From contig NC_068985.1 of the NCBI RefSeq assembly GCF_001194135.2, positions 20,675,067-20,739,066 of the forward strand: a stretch of 64,000 nucleotides of DNA, in the 5' to 3' direction. The notes beneath the pieces are model-generated. The model made no database searches. It was given only the letters and a program-made list of their open reading frames with translations, and had not been told where the DNA came from. This DNA comes from Octopus bimaculoides. Lineage: Eukaryota. The position numbers were made by a program, and so were the translations under genes. Position 1 is the first letter of the stretch. Each line of letters starts with the position of its first letter. Positions 63,757 to 64,000 of the stretch are shown here, piece by piece.

Positions 63757-63961
63757 CATCATCATCATCGTTTAACGTCCGCTTTCCATGCTAGCATGGG
63801 TTGGACGACTTGACTGAGGACTGGTGAAACCGGATGGCAACACCAGGCTCCAATCTAAATTTGGCAGAGTTTCTACAGCTGGATGCCCTTCCTAATGCCA
63901 ACCACTCAGAGAGTGTAGTAGGTGCTTTTACGTATCACCTGCACGAAGGCCAGTCAGGCGA
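63757..63961 (-). mobile_element. Young family A element
   Basis: Near-identical to 1143-1458 including the diagnostic GGTGAAACCGGATGGCAAC. Confidence 0.9.
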
Positions 63962-64000
63962 CCCATACACACACACACATCCTCATCCTGTAATATTCAG

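Overview
AT-rich eukaryotic (metazoan) genomic DNA from a gapped draft assembly, with about 16 N-runs and very dense (TA)n/(CA)n/(GA)n/(ATG)n/(GATA)n microsatellites. The SINE families look like those of octopus; this is an inference from remembered repeat sequences, not verified. There is no long intact ORF: almost all entries in the ORF track are microsatellite or N-gap artefacts. Most of the window is best read as intronic sequence of a minus-strand gene. That gene has candidate 5'UTR exons and an ATG near 56.9-57.6 kb and a few small candidate coding exons (best 38351-38553); I cannot name the product. Repeat content: at least four SINE or RTE-tail families; a structurally complete non-autonomous Helitron (352-1669); two hAT MITEs with perfect 8-bp TSDs; a decayed but co-linear Ty3/gypsy gag-pol (11.3-14.4 kb); a DD37D maT transposase fragment; an R4/Dong-type RLE retrotransposon fragment; a HINE/DINE-1-like element; Penelope-like termini; and about eight foldback elements. 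The most interesting signal is a set of minimal type I hammerhead-ribozyme-like motifs. Two of them (3569-3691 and 60457-60534) share the catalytic core and a palindromic stem III but carry different, still base-paired, elongated stem II arms, with an unusual A/A pair at the base of stem II. Boundaries of decayed repeats are approximate (tens of bp).
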